Origin: Pseudovirgaria hyperparasitica
Taxonomy: Eukaryota
DNA: 64,000 nt
Strand: one strand, 5' to 3'
Assembly (NCBI GenBank): GCA_010093815.1
Contig: ML996568.1
Each line of letters opens with the position of its first letter. Position 1 is the stretch's first letter. Under the pieces are notes generated by a model that worked only from the letters and a program-made list of their open reading frames with translations, searched no databases and was not told the origin of the DNA. The position numbers and the translations under genes are program-made. Below are positions 39,201 through 50,966 of the stretch, piece by piece.

Positions 39201-42200
39201 TGGGAGCTTGGGGCACCGACTCTTGGGTAGCGGACTTGGTAGGGGCGAGATGAAGGTCTTCATCATTAGGCTCCCCAGACATGAAGTCATCGATGTCACA
39301 TTTTGCCTCTTGCAAACTCGATTGCTCCGAAGTTGGCAGCTCTTGAGAGGGGATCTGAGTTTCATGTACATCCATCGACGGTACGTCTTCTTTTTTGTGG
39401 TCTTTCAGCAGCTCATGGGCAACAGCTGCAGCGGAGCCACCGATAAGAATAGCAGTCGCAGCGTCCTCTAAGGACTCAGACGAGAATGACTTTTCTTGGG
39501 CGTCGCGAATCGACATGTCTGTGCCGCCTTGCTTCGAAATTTCTTCAGCCAACGCGTGAGTTAAGTCTGTATGTGGAATGGCATGTGAATATAACGCCTG
39601 TTCATCGTCCTTCCCATCATTGTCGCCGCCGAGCATCATTCGCTTGACATCAGACGGGAATTCACTCGCCTTTGGAGTAGCCTGCTGGCTATCCAGAAAG
39701 TCATCAGTGTTGTCGTGGCCTACAACAGAATCGTCCCCTCGCTTGCTTCCTTCGGGACTATGAAAGAACTCCGAACCGCTTTCGTCTGGGTGCTCAACAG
39801 CACTTTCCCAATTGTCAGCGCTTTCGTTTCCGGATGAGCCTTGGAGTGAGGGGCTGCGACTAGAAGGTACACTTGGAGGTAAGCTAGGTAGCGATTCTGG
39901 CTCATGCTCAAGTACTTTCCCATTTCGCTCGAGAAGATATAGTGGACGTATTTCAGTGATGTGCTTTTCTGCGGACTGCCTCTTCATATCGGCGGAGCTG
40001 CCTCGCGAGTGTCGACGATGAAACTCCGGGAGCGATGCAGGAGGGCTCATCGCCGAGGACGAACTCCACGATTCGCTCCTGGCATAGGTGGGCGATGCAG
40101 GTGGACGGCGAAGCCAGTGAAATGGAACAGCGGTAGTTGAGGACTCTCGCAGTTTTGACAACGAAGGGGGTGTTTCCAGATCCGCGAGCTCGTCAGGAGA
40201 CGAAGCTGGCAAAGGTGGAAGGTCTCCAGCAAGGGGCAAATTGATCGAAGCTGGCGATGGAGGTCCGCTGGAAGGTAGAGGAACACTTTCAGGATAAGAT
40301 GGATCCTGATATAGGTCTTCGATGCTGTGAAACTCTGGAACCGGCTTTGTTACGGCCGGGGTGGTGGAGAGGTTAACGGGCAATTGAGTTATCTCCACCG
40401 CCCGCTCACCTAAAAAAGACTGGTCTTGAGAATCACGGCCCTTCTTCTTTTCTCTCCGTTCGGACTTGCGATCGTCGTCATCCGATCCGTATGAGGATCC
40501 TGCAACGGAACTTCGATGTCTTCGCTCGCGTCGCTCGCCTTTGCGGTCGTCATCATCAGACCCATAGGAAGACCCTGCTACAGAACTTCGATGTCTTCGC
40601 TCACGTCGCTCACTTTTCCGGTCGTCTTCATCGGACCCATATGTGGAACCTCCAGTAGAGCTTCGATGCTTCTTCTTCCGCTTCTTGTCGGGATCGTCTT
40701 CTTCGTATCGTGAGTCTTTGGATCTTGACTTGCTCGTGCTAGCGAGACTATCAGTCGACTTCAGTCCGCTAAGCAATCCAAAAAGGCCTCCTTTCTTCTT
40801 CTCCTTGTCATCATCATATTTCGCAGGAGAGGAGACGACAGAGGCAGCATCGTCAAAATCACCGTTATCGCGCCTCGACTTTCTTCGGGACTTGTGTGAG
40901 CTCTCGTACAAGTCGCCAGGTTCAGAAGCAGCTGACGACTTCTTGTACTTGTCTGATGGAGATGTAGATCTTCCTTTCTCACTCTCCCGACGCCTGTGAT
41001 GTCTGCCACTACTTTTCTTGTCATCGTCGTCGTCATACCGGTAGCTTGGCTCGGAGGCAATAGAAGATCGCTTATGCTTATCGATAGGTGATGGAGACTT
41101 GTCTCGTTCGCTTTCACGACGCCTATGTCTCTTCTTGCGATCTGCATCATCAGCGATACGGTCATCAGGACTCATTTCACGATGTTTCGAGCGTCGACGG
41201 TCGTATTCGTCTTCCACGGTAGGGTCTTCGCGAGCAGGACGGCGGTCATAATCGTTTTCTTCTGATTTGTGTCGTTCAGCTCTGCGGCGCTCACGTTCAT
41301 CATCGTAACGCGATTCGGACTTTACAGATCTTGCATCGTCGTAGAAACTGTCTTCTTTGTCTTTGAGCTTTGAGGACTTTCGTCGCTCTTCATAATTGTC
41401 GGATCGCGCGGTTTCAGATTTTGTATCTCGATCGGCGGAGACAGAGCGACCTGACTGTAGGTCACTGGTCACATGCGGTGGGTCTGCTACAGGACCAGCA
41501 GTGCTCGGCGCAGGCTTCTCGCTAATGTAATCATCCCAACCAACTTCAGATCGAAGTGGAGATGCTGTTGGGCTGAAGTTCTTGCTTCGTCGCTTACTCC
41601 CCCCTTTCCTGCTGGGCGTCTTGACGTCTGCGAGTTCTTCGAGGTCATCAAAAGCGTTACTTGGAATGCTTCGACGCTTTTCCTCCTCGGTCGTAGTAGA
41701 ATTGTTGCTGTTCTGCAGAGATGCTTGCTCATGACCATTCGTTCCATCGCGCTCGCTGGTACTAGGCGCTGAAGATTTTGCTTTATCACTAGCAGAGCTA
41801 AAGACTGCAGAAACGGCGCCTGCCACAACACTTGCCGCAGTCGTGGCAGCAACAGCGTCAACCAAGCCAACTCCACCTCCACGCGGACCGCTACTTTCAC
41901 CAGGCTCAATGTCTCGGATATCTCTTTCGCTGCTCGCACGCTTCTTTTTCTTCTTGTCCTTCTTACTACTGGACGCTTCCCAGTCATCTGAGGCTGCTGC
42001 AGATGACTTCACGTCACGGGTTGAGGTTGAGGCTTCGTCGATCGCAGATGTTGGAGCTGAGTCAGAAGCCGTCGAAGTCTGATCGGCGCTATCCCGCTTC
42101 TTTGCCTTGTCCTGCTTTCGCTTCTCTTTCTTTGTAAGGGGTTTGGCAAATGCAGGTCCTGAGTCGGGAGCAGGAGCAGCTTCGGGTTCATCGTCTATGA

Positions 42201-45200
42201 AACCTCCAGGAATTTGTATGTCGCGTGCTTCGAAGAATTCATCAGGCTCTTCTGTAACCTCACCTTCGACAAAGCCACGGTCTTTATTCAGTGGATCTGT
42301 CGGAGTATTTGTGGTTTCCAGCCCAATATCGGATGAGGATTCCACATATGGTTGTTGATAGAGACTGCTATTTCCGCTCCATGCCCGACGAGTAGGCTCG
42401 ATGACAACAGGTTTGACTTCTGGTGTATGAGACTCATAGACCTTCTCGCTGGGATCATAGTGCCGTGAAGACACAACAGCCTCAGGGCTTGCAGAGTCTT
42501 CATATGCAACGTCTCTGGTTCGTGAAGAACTGGGGCTCGACGAAGTATATGCTTGATGTTGTGTCGCGTATGGGTCTGGACGAGTGCTTTCGCTAGACTG
42601 GGTATTGTTCTTCACATGACGATCAAGGTCATGCTGAGACATGAATTGATCCCGCGATGACTCAGGAGTCTCTGGTACATAGTGGCGAGTTTCATTGGCA
42701 CCCCAACTTACTCCTCTCGGTGGCATTGATGCGTATCCAGCTGCCTCGATTGATGCATATTCATCGACCTTCGTAGGCTCGTCGATTGGAGAAGCGGCAG
42801 GTGAGGGTGAGCGAGAAAGTCCACTTGCAACAGATGTGGCTCTGCTGGCAGGTGGAGTAGGTGTTATCAAGTTCAGCGCTGGCACGCCATGTGTATCAGA
42901 GGACGATCTGTAATTTCCAGTACTGAAGGCGTATGGTAGGTCGTAAGGAGGTTGCCGTGGCGGTTCTATGACCGCAAATCTAGTATCGTGTGCAGAGTAT
43001 TTGGGAATCTCGATATCCGCATCGGGCGACCGAGACACGTGGGATGGTGAGGCTGTTTTCAGTTCTTCAGGTGCAAAGAAATCTGCCTGGCTCGGAGTTG
43101 CCTCGCGGTATCTCTGGCTCAGATCATCTACGACATCATCCGCGGACATCGTGTGAGTTGGTTCTTTTGCCTTTTCGGCATCTTTCTTTGCGAAGTAGTC
43201 TTTATCAAAATCCATTTCGGGATGTTCGTCCTCGGCGAATTTTGGAGACTCAACTTTCGATTCGCGTTTCTTTGCCTTGCTCTTCTTACTCTTCTTCTCA
43301 GTTCCCTTGTTGTCTTTACTGTTAGAGTCCTTTGATTTTGACGAACTTGCTACTGATGTGGCGAGCGCAGTAGCAGCCGCTCCAATCCCGGCAACAGCAG
43401 CAGCCCCTTTCCAATCGCTATTCTTTTCACGTTCTTGAAGTTCCCGTTCACGATTTTCAATGTTCCATGACCTATCGGTACTACCAGTGGATTGAGGCTT
43501 TACAAAGGATGCGTCACCCATGAGTTCCTTCTCCAGACGCTCACGATTGAGTCGGCTCTGTTCGAACTCTCTCTCGAGGCGAGCACTCTCATTTTGCGCT
43601 GCACTGCTGCGCTCAGCGGCAGAACGAGCAGCCTCTTGCCGCTCGCGATAGATGCGTTCGGTCTCACGATCCATGTCAGCTTTCTCTCTAGACTCCCGAG
43701 CAACACGGGCTTGGCGTTCAAGTTCAACGCGTCGCTCCTCCTCCCTCCGAGCGCGGTCGTCTGCCTCCAGCTGATCACGTCGCTTTTGCTTTTCTTCTTC
43801 TTCGCGTAGGTAAAGTTCCCGTTCTCTGCGTCTTTGCTCATTGATACGTTCTGCTTCGAGCCGTTCTGCTTCGAGCCGTTGCGCTTCGAGTCGCTGTGTT
43901 TCAAGTCGTTGTGCTTCAAGGCGTTGTGCTTCAAGTCGCTGTGCCTCTAATCGCTGTGCCTCTAGTCGTTGTGCTTCAAGGCGCTGTGCTTCGAGTCGTT
44001 GCGTTTCGAGCCGTTGTGCTTCAAGTCGTTGTGCCTCGAGTCGTTGCGCTTCGAATACTTGAGCTTCCAGGCGTTGTGCTTCAAGCCGCTCGTCTTCTTC
44101 CGCTCGCCGACGTCTGAGGGCCTCTTCGTCTGCGCGGCGACGAGTAATGTCGTATCCTTCTGAGCGTGGCCTCTCTTCGCCCTCAAGCTGTCGCCGGGCT
44201 CTCTCACGTTCCGCTGATTTGGCCGCTTCCAACTTGCGCTCCTCTTGCTCGATACGTTCACGTTCCAGTCTGATTTCACGCTCGATTTCTTCGTGGCGGC
44301 CGGTCTCGCGTCTCTTGCTCAGATGACCGTCATCACGATCCTCGTCCTTTCGTTTCCTGTGCTCTCGCTCGCGCTCTTCTTTGTTGAGGTCAAATCTCAC
44401 GGAGCTCGGGCTCTGCGCACTTTGACGACGTTTCTGTGAAATTGCTGCAGCGCCTGCAATAGCAGCTACTCCCGCAATTCCCGCAATCGCAGCATCGCGT
44501 TTGAAGGAGCTACTCGTGGGGCTAGAAGCTACGCGCTTTGGAAGTGTAGGACGATTCTCGCGGTCATCTCTGGAGTCGCGAGGGCTCTCCGTGTGGCGAT
44601 ATGAAGGTGTCGGAACGTTTGAGAACACAGGAGGACCGCTCGGTTGGGTGTAATTACCAAAAGAATTTGGTCGGACAAGTGAAGCAGATTCAGAGAGGAC
44701 ATTGCCATTGACAGGTGCGACTGGTTTTGGTTGCTGAAGGGGAACATTGTCGGGTCTGGAGACTATAGGTAGACTGGAGCTGCGAGAGACATCGAAATTG
44801 TAGGGGTCAGAAGTCGGTACTGGATAGACAGTCTGCATCGTAGGGACGCTACTAGTACTACTCAGCCCTCCCTCGTGACGGTGAATCGTCGTTCCCACAT
44901 TTGCGACTGCCATTCCAGCTGTCCCTGGACCGACGTAGCTCTGCTGAGAGTCATACGCTGGAGGTACTGGGCGTTTCTTCTTCTTGCTGCCCCAACGCCA
45001 GAGCCATTTGTTGGTACCTGAATCGTTGGACACCAGACTTTCAGTGCTTTTGCCTTTGCCTTTGTAGTCGAATTCGCCGAATGCAAGGCCGGAATTGACA
45101 CTTGAAGAGTCGTCGTGTTCTACGTCAGAGGCCGACTCCCATCCATCTTCGTCTGCCCCAGCAGACCCATGACTGGTTCGATGATTTTGACTACGCTGTG

Positions 45201-47928
45201 AGTGATGACGTTTCGTATCACGCACAGCTACGACCTCAGGCTTGCGACCAGTGTTGGTGGACTTCCCGCGCTTGTGCTGGGCAGCAGCGAGAGCAGCAGC
45301 CGTTGCACCGAGACCGACTAAAGTAGCGTTGAGTCTCTCGTTGGACGATCTACCTTTCACTTTGCGGGACTTTGAAAAGCCCGCACCGTATGCAAGTCCG
45401 GAATCCGAAGAAGAAGACGAAGAGTTTGAAAAATTGAAAAGTCCCTTTCGTGTCTTCTGGTGTGAGTGGTTCTTGCGGTCCCTGGGCTTCTTTTCGGGGG
45501 TTGAGAAGAATCCAGCGAATAGGCCTTGGTTAGAGGGTCGACGATAGGGCCGGGAGATGTCTACATAAGAAGAAGCATCCGAGCGCCGAGAACTCCGGTG
45601 TTTCTCCTTGTGGTCAAGTCCAAGCACAGATCCGAGGCCTTCCTGACTATGGTGCTTACCACTGCTACTATCGTGCCGGCGGGAGAAAGCTCCGTGCGGT
45701 GAATTCGACCGACTGCGATGTTTGGTACTCTTGCCAGTAGCTGAAGCTATGACTGCTCCTCCCAAGGCAGCGCCTATCAGACCGTCCTTATAACTCCTGG
45801 AACGAGAGCCCGACCGAGATCTTGAATGGCGTCGGACGGTCTTGTGCTCATCTTTGCGGTCTCTCGATCTCGATCCTGGGCGTCGGGCTACTTTGTATGA
45901 CTTGCCGTCGCTCGTGAAGCCATTGTCGCGATGCGTGCGCGACGAGCCACCATACTCATACCCCCCAGCGATGCCACGAGAAGTGCGGCTCTTACGATCT
46001 CGAGATCGACTCCTGCTACGAGCCGTATGGATTCGCGATGAATATCTGCCAGACTTCACGCTATACGTATCATCAAAGTCATCACGACCCTGATTCCAAA
46101 GGGATTTGCCAACTTTGGCGAGGCCAGCACCTGCAAGACCTGTCGCGATCCAGCCGGCTTTGTTACTTTTGCGTCGCTCATTGTCAGAGGAGTAATAATA
46201 CCGAGAGTCCTTGTCGACGCGAGATCGTTTGTGCTCGCTCGAGCGCCTTCGCGGCGGACCGTGATAGTGATGCTTCCTCGGCGCGTCTTGCACGCTACTA
46301 TGGGGATCGAAGCAATTGCGACAGACGCCGATGTACTCGGTATACTCCTCCATCTTCCTCACATCCTCGTAGTCCTTCCACCAATCCACAAATTTGCTGA
46401 TTGGCCCTCTGTGTTCATGACGTTGGTGTGTCGCCGTTGCGTTGGCACCATAAGGCGCTGGTGAAAGTCTGGCAGTGTTGTATGCGGCCCCTGCGGGCAA
46501 CGGTAGCGAGTTGTGATGATGCGAGCTATGTTGATGAAGCCCATATGCACCCGCTGCAAGTCCAGCCGCCGCATATGGATACAATCCTGGGTTAGAATGA
46601 GAGTTGGAGGAGTGCTTACCTGGTTTGGAAGGTGTCCCGGTGACTGTTGGGCCGTGAGGATCCATTGTAGCTTCAGGAGAGGGATGACTGTAGTCGCCAT
46701 TATGCGCCTCCAAGGAGAAAGCATCGGTGCTGCCAACGGGGCCAGTCGAGGCCTGTTGGTAGAACGTCGAGGGTGGGTTGCCAGAGAGGGTCGCATACTG
46801 AGAACTTGATTGGTCATGGGAGCTTGAATGGCCCACTGCATAACCAAGTACAGCTCCACCAGCCAGCGTGGCTGCGCTGCTGGCCTTTCCAGGTTTACTT
46901 GGTTTACCTGGTTTGCTCGGCTTGCTCGAGGAGCTAGGCTTCGAGGAACTTGTTTTGCTGGGTTTTCCAGATGACGGCCTTGGGGGCTTGATTGGAGGGG
47001 GACTTTCTTCGAAAGTCCCAGGCATATTTTGACTGCCGGGTCTTGGAGGTTTCGGGGGGCCTGGATAGACTGGCGATACTTTACCAGTATAGAAGTCATT
47101 TGCGGTGCCTTGGCCAGTCTCAGGTGGCGGATTGCTCGTAGCAGTAGGTGTCATGAGATGCGGATCAGGATTGGGTACTGGTTGATTGGGCCGAATTCCT
47201 GGTTGGCTCATGACGGATTCCCCCTGGTCGCCATAGTAGTCTGCAGCAGCACCAAACGGCGACTGGAAGGGTGCTGAATACTCTGTTGGGTTCTGTCCTG
47301 GAAACTGCTCTGTGACGTGGGAGGAAATAGGACGAATCTCTGGCGAGACTGGTGCGCCCACCTGTCCGGGAAAAGGTGAAAAGCCGGGTGTCGCAATTTG
47401 AGAGGAGAACGTGTCTCCAGCTCGTGGCATGGACGGGGAGTCGACAATCTCACTCCGACTTCCCTTGCCTTCCTTCCGAGTACTTTTGCTAACAGCCTCG
47501 TCCCTCTTCCGCTTCTCCTTCTTTTTGTCGTCCCGGTCTCGACTACGAGATCTTTCCTTGCGATCTTTCCTTCGTTCACGACTCGAAGATCTAGCACGTC
47601 TACTACGTGTAGACCGAGTGTCATCGTCAATCCTAGACCGCTCGTCGTATTCGGTTCGCGCGCGAGTCACAGTCTCGAGGAGGGAGTCATAGCGACTGTC
47701 GGCAGTACGGTAAAGCTCGGGAGCAGTCGCGTAAGAGGATACGGTGGAGTCGGGCGCAGGTGGTGGATAGGTACTTCTAGAGGTAGGAGTGGGTTTATCT
47801 TCGCTTCGGCCTGGTTTCCGAGTCGAGCTTGAGGATACGACGGATTCGCGGCGACGCGCCGACGACGAGGCTTTGCGACGGCCATCCTGAGAGGCACTGT
47901 CGCTCTTGCCTGTGATTTTGCCCCACAT
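27250..47928 (-). CDS. lah: Leashin (LAH), giant Woronin-body tether, ~6,873 aa (often annotated 'involucrin repeat protein')
   Basis: The 6375-codon ORF joins the 514-codon ORF via intron 28857-28801 (GTAAGT...GCTGAC...TAG). Conserved-looking N-terminal block (FVDWWKDYEDVRKMEEYTEYIGVCRNCF). Long acidic disordered middle with recurring poly-Lys clusters. C-terminal coiled coil plus RDEDYFDTACQKLC and a hydrophobic segment (VFMSVVMTMVWEFVF). Confidence 0.85.
40450..40670 (-). repeat. 75-bp coding tandem repeat (3 units, RHRSSVAGSSYGSDDDDRKxERRER) within lah
   Basis: CTTCGATG recurs at 40511, 40586 and 40661 (period 75). Confidence 0.85.
43847..44090 (-). repeat. 15-bp coding tandem repeat encoding (RLEAQ)n, about 16 units, within lah
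   Basis: Translation RLEAQRLEAQVFEAQRLEAQ...RLEAERLEAER; synonymous variation between units. Confidence 0.9.
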
Positions 47929-48646
47929 GATGATTTTGGGGATTGAGGGTGGGATATTCGGTTATCTCTGCGGAAAAGGCGAGTCTTGTGGTCGCTCGTT
48001 GTGGTGGAACCCAAAACCTTCCGCTGGGGTAAATGGGTGTTTTGTGATGATGGATCAAACAATGGCCGGGGTATCTTCCAAAGGGAAATTCGTTATATCG
48101 TTAGGTCGTAGTATGTATACATACGCATGTGCAGATATCGGAGACGCGATCGGAAAGAAAATAAAGAGTGCGCAGGCTCCAAAGATGGATGGACAGGAAA
48201 GTTTGAAGAGCAAAAACGTTGGAAGCTTGACTTTGAGGTTGTGTTGTTTGAACCTTGGCGTGGCTGGGACGCTAGTGAGGCGCTAAGGCTGCGATATTTC
48301 GATCTTTCGCCACTGATTCATGGATGAGTGAGTCGTAGATTGGAATTGGGCAACGTAAACAAATAATGTCTTGTACCAAGTCTAAGCCTTGTTAATAAGA
48401 AAAGGAAGAGTGGATGGCTTCTCGAAATTGTTGGTTTTAATTGCTGCAATCTTTTGTTGTAGATGGTATCTCCCAGTCGCAAGCACAAACACTTGATGCC
48501 CAAGCCGACTGACGCTGAGTCCTCATCCCAGCACATAATACAGTTTTCATATATTACAGGTCCTGTGTGCCTTGCTGGTGGCCCAACTTCTTCGCCCAAA
48601 AAACGCCACGCTATGCACTCAACTATAAAAGAAGACAAACACGCCT

Positions 48647-49607
48647 CTAATAGGTGTGTTGTGGCGCTCCGCCCATTTGCGCTCTCAAGGCCATGATCTG
48701 CTGTCTTGCATCTGGCGGGAACGCATTGATCTGTTCATCCGTCAATGTCAAGACCCGTTGAAGAAGTTCGGCCTGGTTGATCTGCTCGGCCGCTTGCGGT
48801 TGTTGGACCACTGGTGGGGGTTGTTGATATGGCTGGTGAGCCATCGGAGGTGTTGGAACGTGAGAGGGCTGGTTATACTGTGCGTAGTTTGGGAATGCTG
48901 GCATTGGTGCCTGAACAGGTTGCTGCGGCTGCGGCTGTGGTGGTGCGACCGGCTGGTTGGAGATGACGGATTGAAGAACGCTGGTTTCGACAAGTCCAAG
49001 AAGGAGTAGTGACTGGAAAATAGCATACGATAGCTGCGGTGACTGTACGAGGAGCTCGGTTGCGCGCTGTGGGTTCTGGTTCACAAGGTTCTTCATTTGC
49101 GAGATAACGTCGAGAAGCTGGGGAGCAGGTAGTGTGTTCAGAGTCTTGGAGATTTGATCAGGGCATGTGATATCCGGTGGAAGATCTGTACCGGCTGGAA
49201 GTGGTGGTAGGGAATTCTGAGGTGATGCTTGTACAGGGCCTTGTCCATTCATGCCAGCGTTGTCACCACCTGTTCCTCCTCCAGACCCATTCTCGTTGGA
49301 CCAATCGACACGCAGCTTGCGGCCCTGTATCTCGTAGTCGTTCAGGTTGCGGACGGCAGAAGAAGCAGCGTCTTGCTCTGTGAATTCAGCAAAGCCGAAA
49401 CCTTTGGGTCTGCCCGTTTCTCGATCGGTGACTATGCGAAAATCGACTACCTGTCCAACTCTCCCCAAGAGCTCCTGGATCTCTTCTTCTGGAACACCTG
49501 ACTACTGTGTCAGTAAGATGGTCTGCGAATATACACCCGTATCTCTCACCGTAAGGGATGTTGCCAATAAAAACCACTCTTCCAGCTTTGTCCGATGCAG
49601 GAGGCAT
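48647..49607 (-). CDS. RNA15: Cleavage stimulation factor 64 kDa / Rna15 (RRM, hinge, C-terminal domain)
   Basis: RVVFIGNIPYG, RNP1 KGFGFAEF and SAVRNLN. Hinge (LLVQSPQLSYAIFQSLLLLG) and C-terminal LTDEQINAFPPDARQQIMALR. Intron 49549-49498. Confidence 0.92.
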
Positions 49608-50966
49608 GTTGACAGCGCGCAAGACGAGGCAGGCCAAAGATGCAAACACACAAACGTCGAAATCTTAATCCCTTCCAAGTATGGAGTGTATGTGTTCGTG
49701 CAAGGTTCGTGGGTTGGAGGATTTGAGTGTCTGTAGTGAAGAACGGTGATGCGACGCGAACAAATAAAATGTACCAAGCCAATCTAGGTAGCATAATACT
49801 GGTAGTGAGTTTGATGCTGACAAAGAACGGGCCTGGGGTCCGTGCACTCTCATCCAATGCTAAGCTACTCTTCTTCTTCATCGAGATCAAAGTCAAAATA
49901 TATCAGTCAGAAAGCAAGCATGTGAATCATCTATTCGATACATTGGCCAATCGATACATCCCAAAGCTCTACTACCACGGCCACGCTATCTGCATATCCA
50001 ATCACCCTTCGAAACTCGTCATGTCCAGGGCAAAAGATGCTACTAGTAGCATAAGCATCGCAGATGCAATGTCTAGTAATTTCTACAAGACGTCCTACTA
50101 CGGACATCGTTCTGTCGCAGCAAATATCACTCATAATAGTCGTCACTGGAATCCCGCGTGAACAGTCACAGATCATCGAACTTGCGTCTGCCACAAGAGC
50201 TTCTCATCGACCCTGTTCTCATGGTTTCAACTTTCGCACGTAGTCATCCGCGTCCACGGCAACTTGGAGACAGCATCTTGCTGTATTCATTGTGATCAAA
50301 GGCACAAAGATCTTCCAATTGCAACCAGGCAGTAGAACTTTCGCGCCGACAAGGCCGCTAAACAACCATCGCAACAAACTGCATGCTTCCTCTATACGTT
50401 GTCGAAAACGTCATAAACCCTCCACCATCGATTCATTTCCTAGCCTCACGCAAGATGAATCGAGCATAACAACCCCAACGACAGCTAATCGCTGATCTGC
50501 TCCCGGTCTGTGTGGTTTCTGATGACTGGTCAATGGCAAATGGATCGTTGGCAAATGCATGGACGGATGACGCCGCTAGCGCCAACTCACCAGGCATCAC
50601 TCAAGGCGTCCCTCAGCTCTGCAGAGATACCGCATCCCCGCAACCAGGCCCCCAGCTCTGAACTCGGGCATCATGCACCAATTGCTGTAGTAGATATGAG
50701 GCACTGCCTACAATAATGGGGATGTTGTGTCGATGCGTCAGGCCGACACCGCATAGGCACCGCCACCACCTGCGCGCACATGCTAAGCCGTTTGGGGCCA
50801 TCTATCGCTAGGCTGCAATGGAATACAGTCGACACCGATTGCTAGGAGTCATTTGTTAGGCTACTGTGACTGATACATAAATATGAGGGCTTTATCCGTT
50901 CTGTTCTACTTCTAAACACAAACATCTGATTCTACTTGATATTCTTCTCGTGTCAAGGATTCAACC

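Noticed and set aside
43847..44090. Regular repeats as a CRISPR-like array
   Set aside because: No spacers; in-frame coding repeat in a eukaryotic gene.
28916..47832. Numerous short antisense or alternative-frame ORFs over lah and other genes
   Set aside because: Shadows of long coding sequences with no recognisable motifs.
20275..47928. PEX7 and lah as a peroxisome/Woronin-body gene cluster
   Set aside because: Separated by unrelated genes; no evidence beyond proximity.
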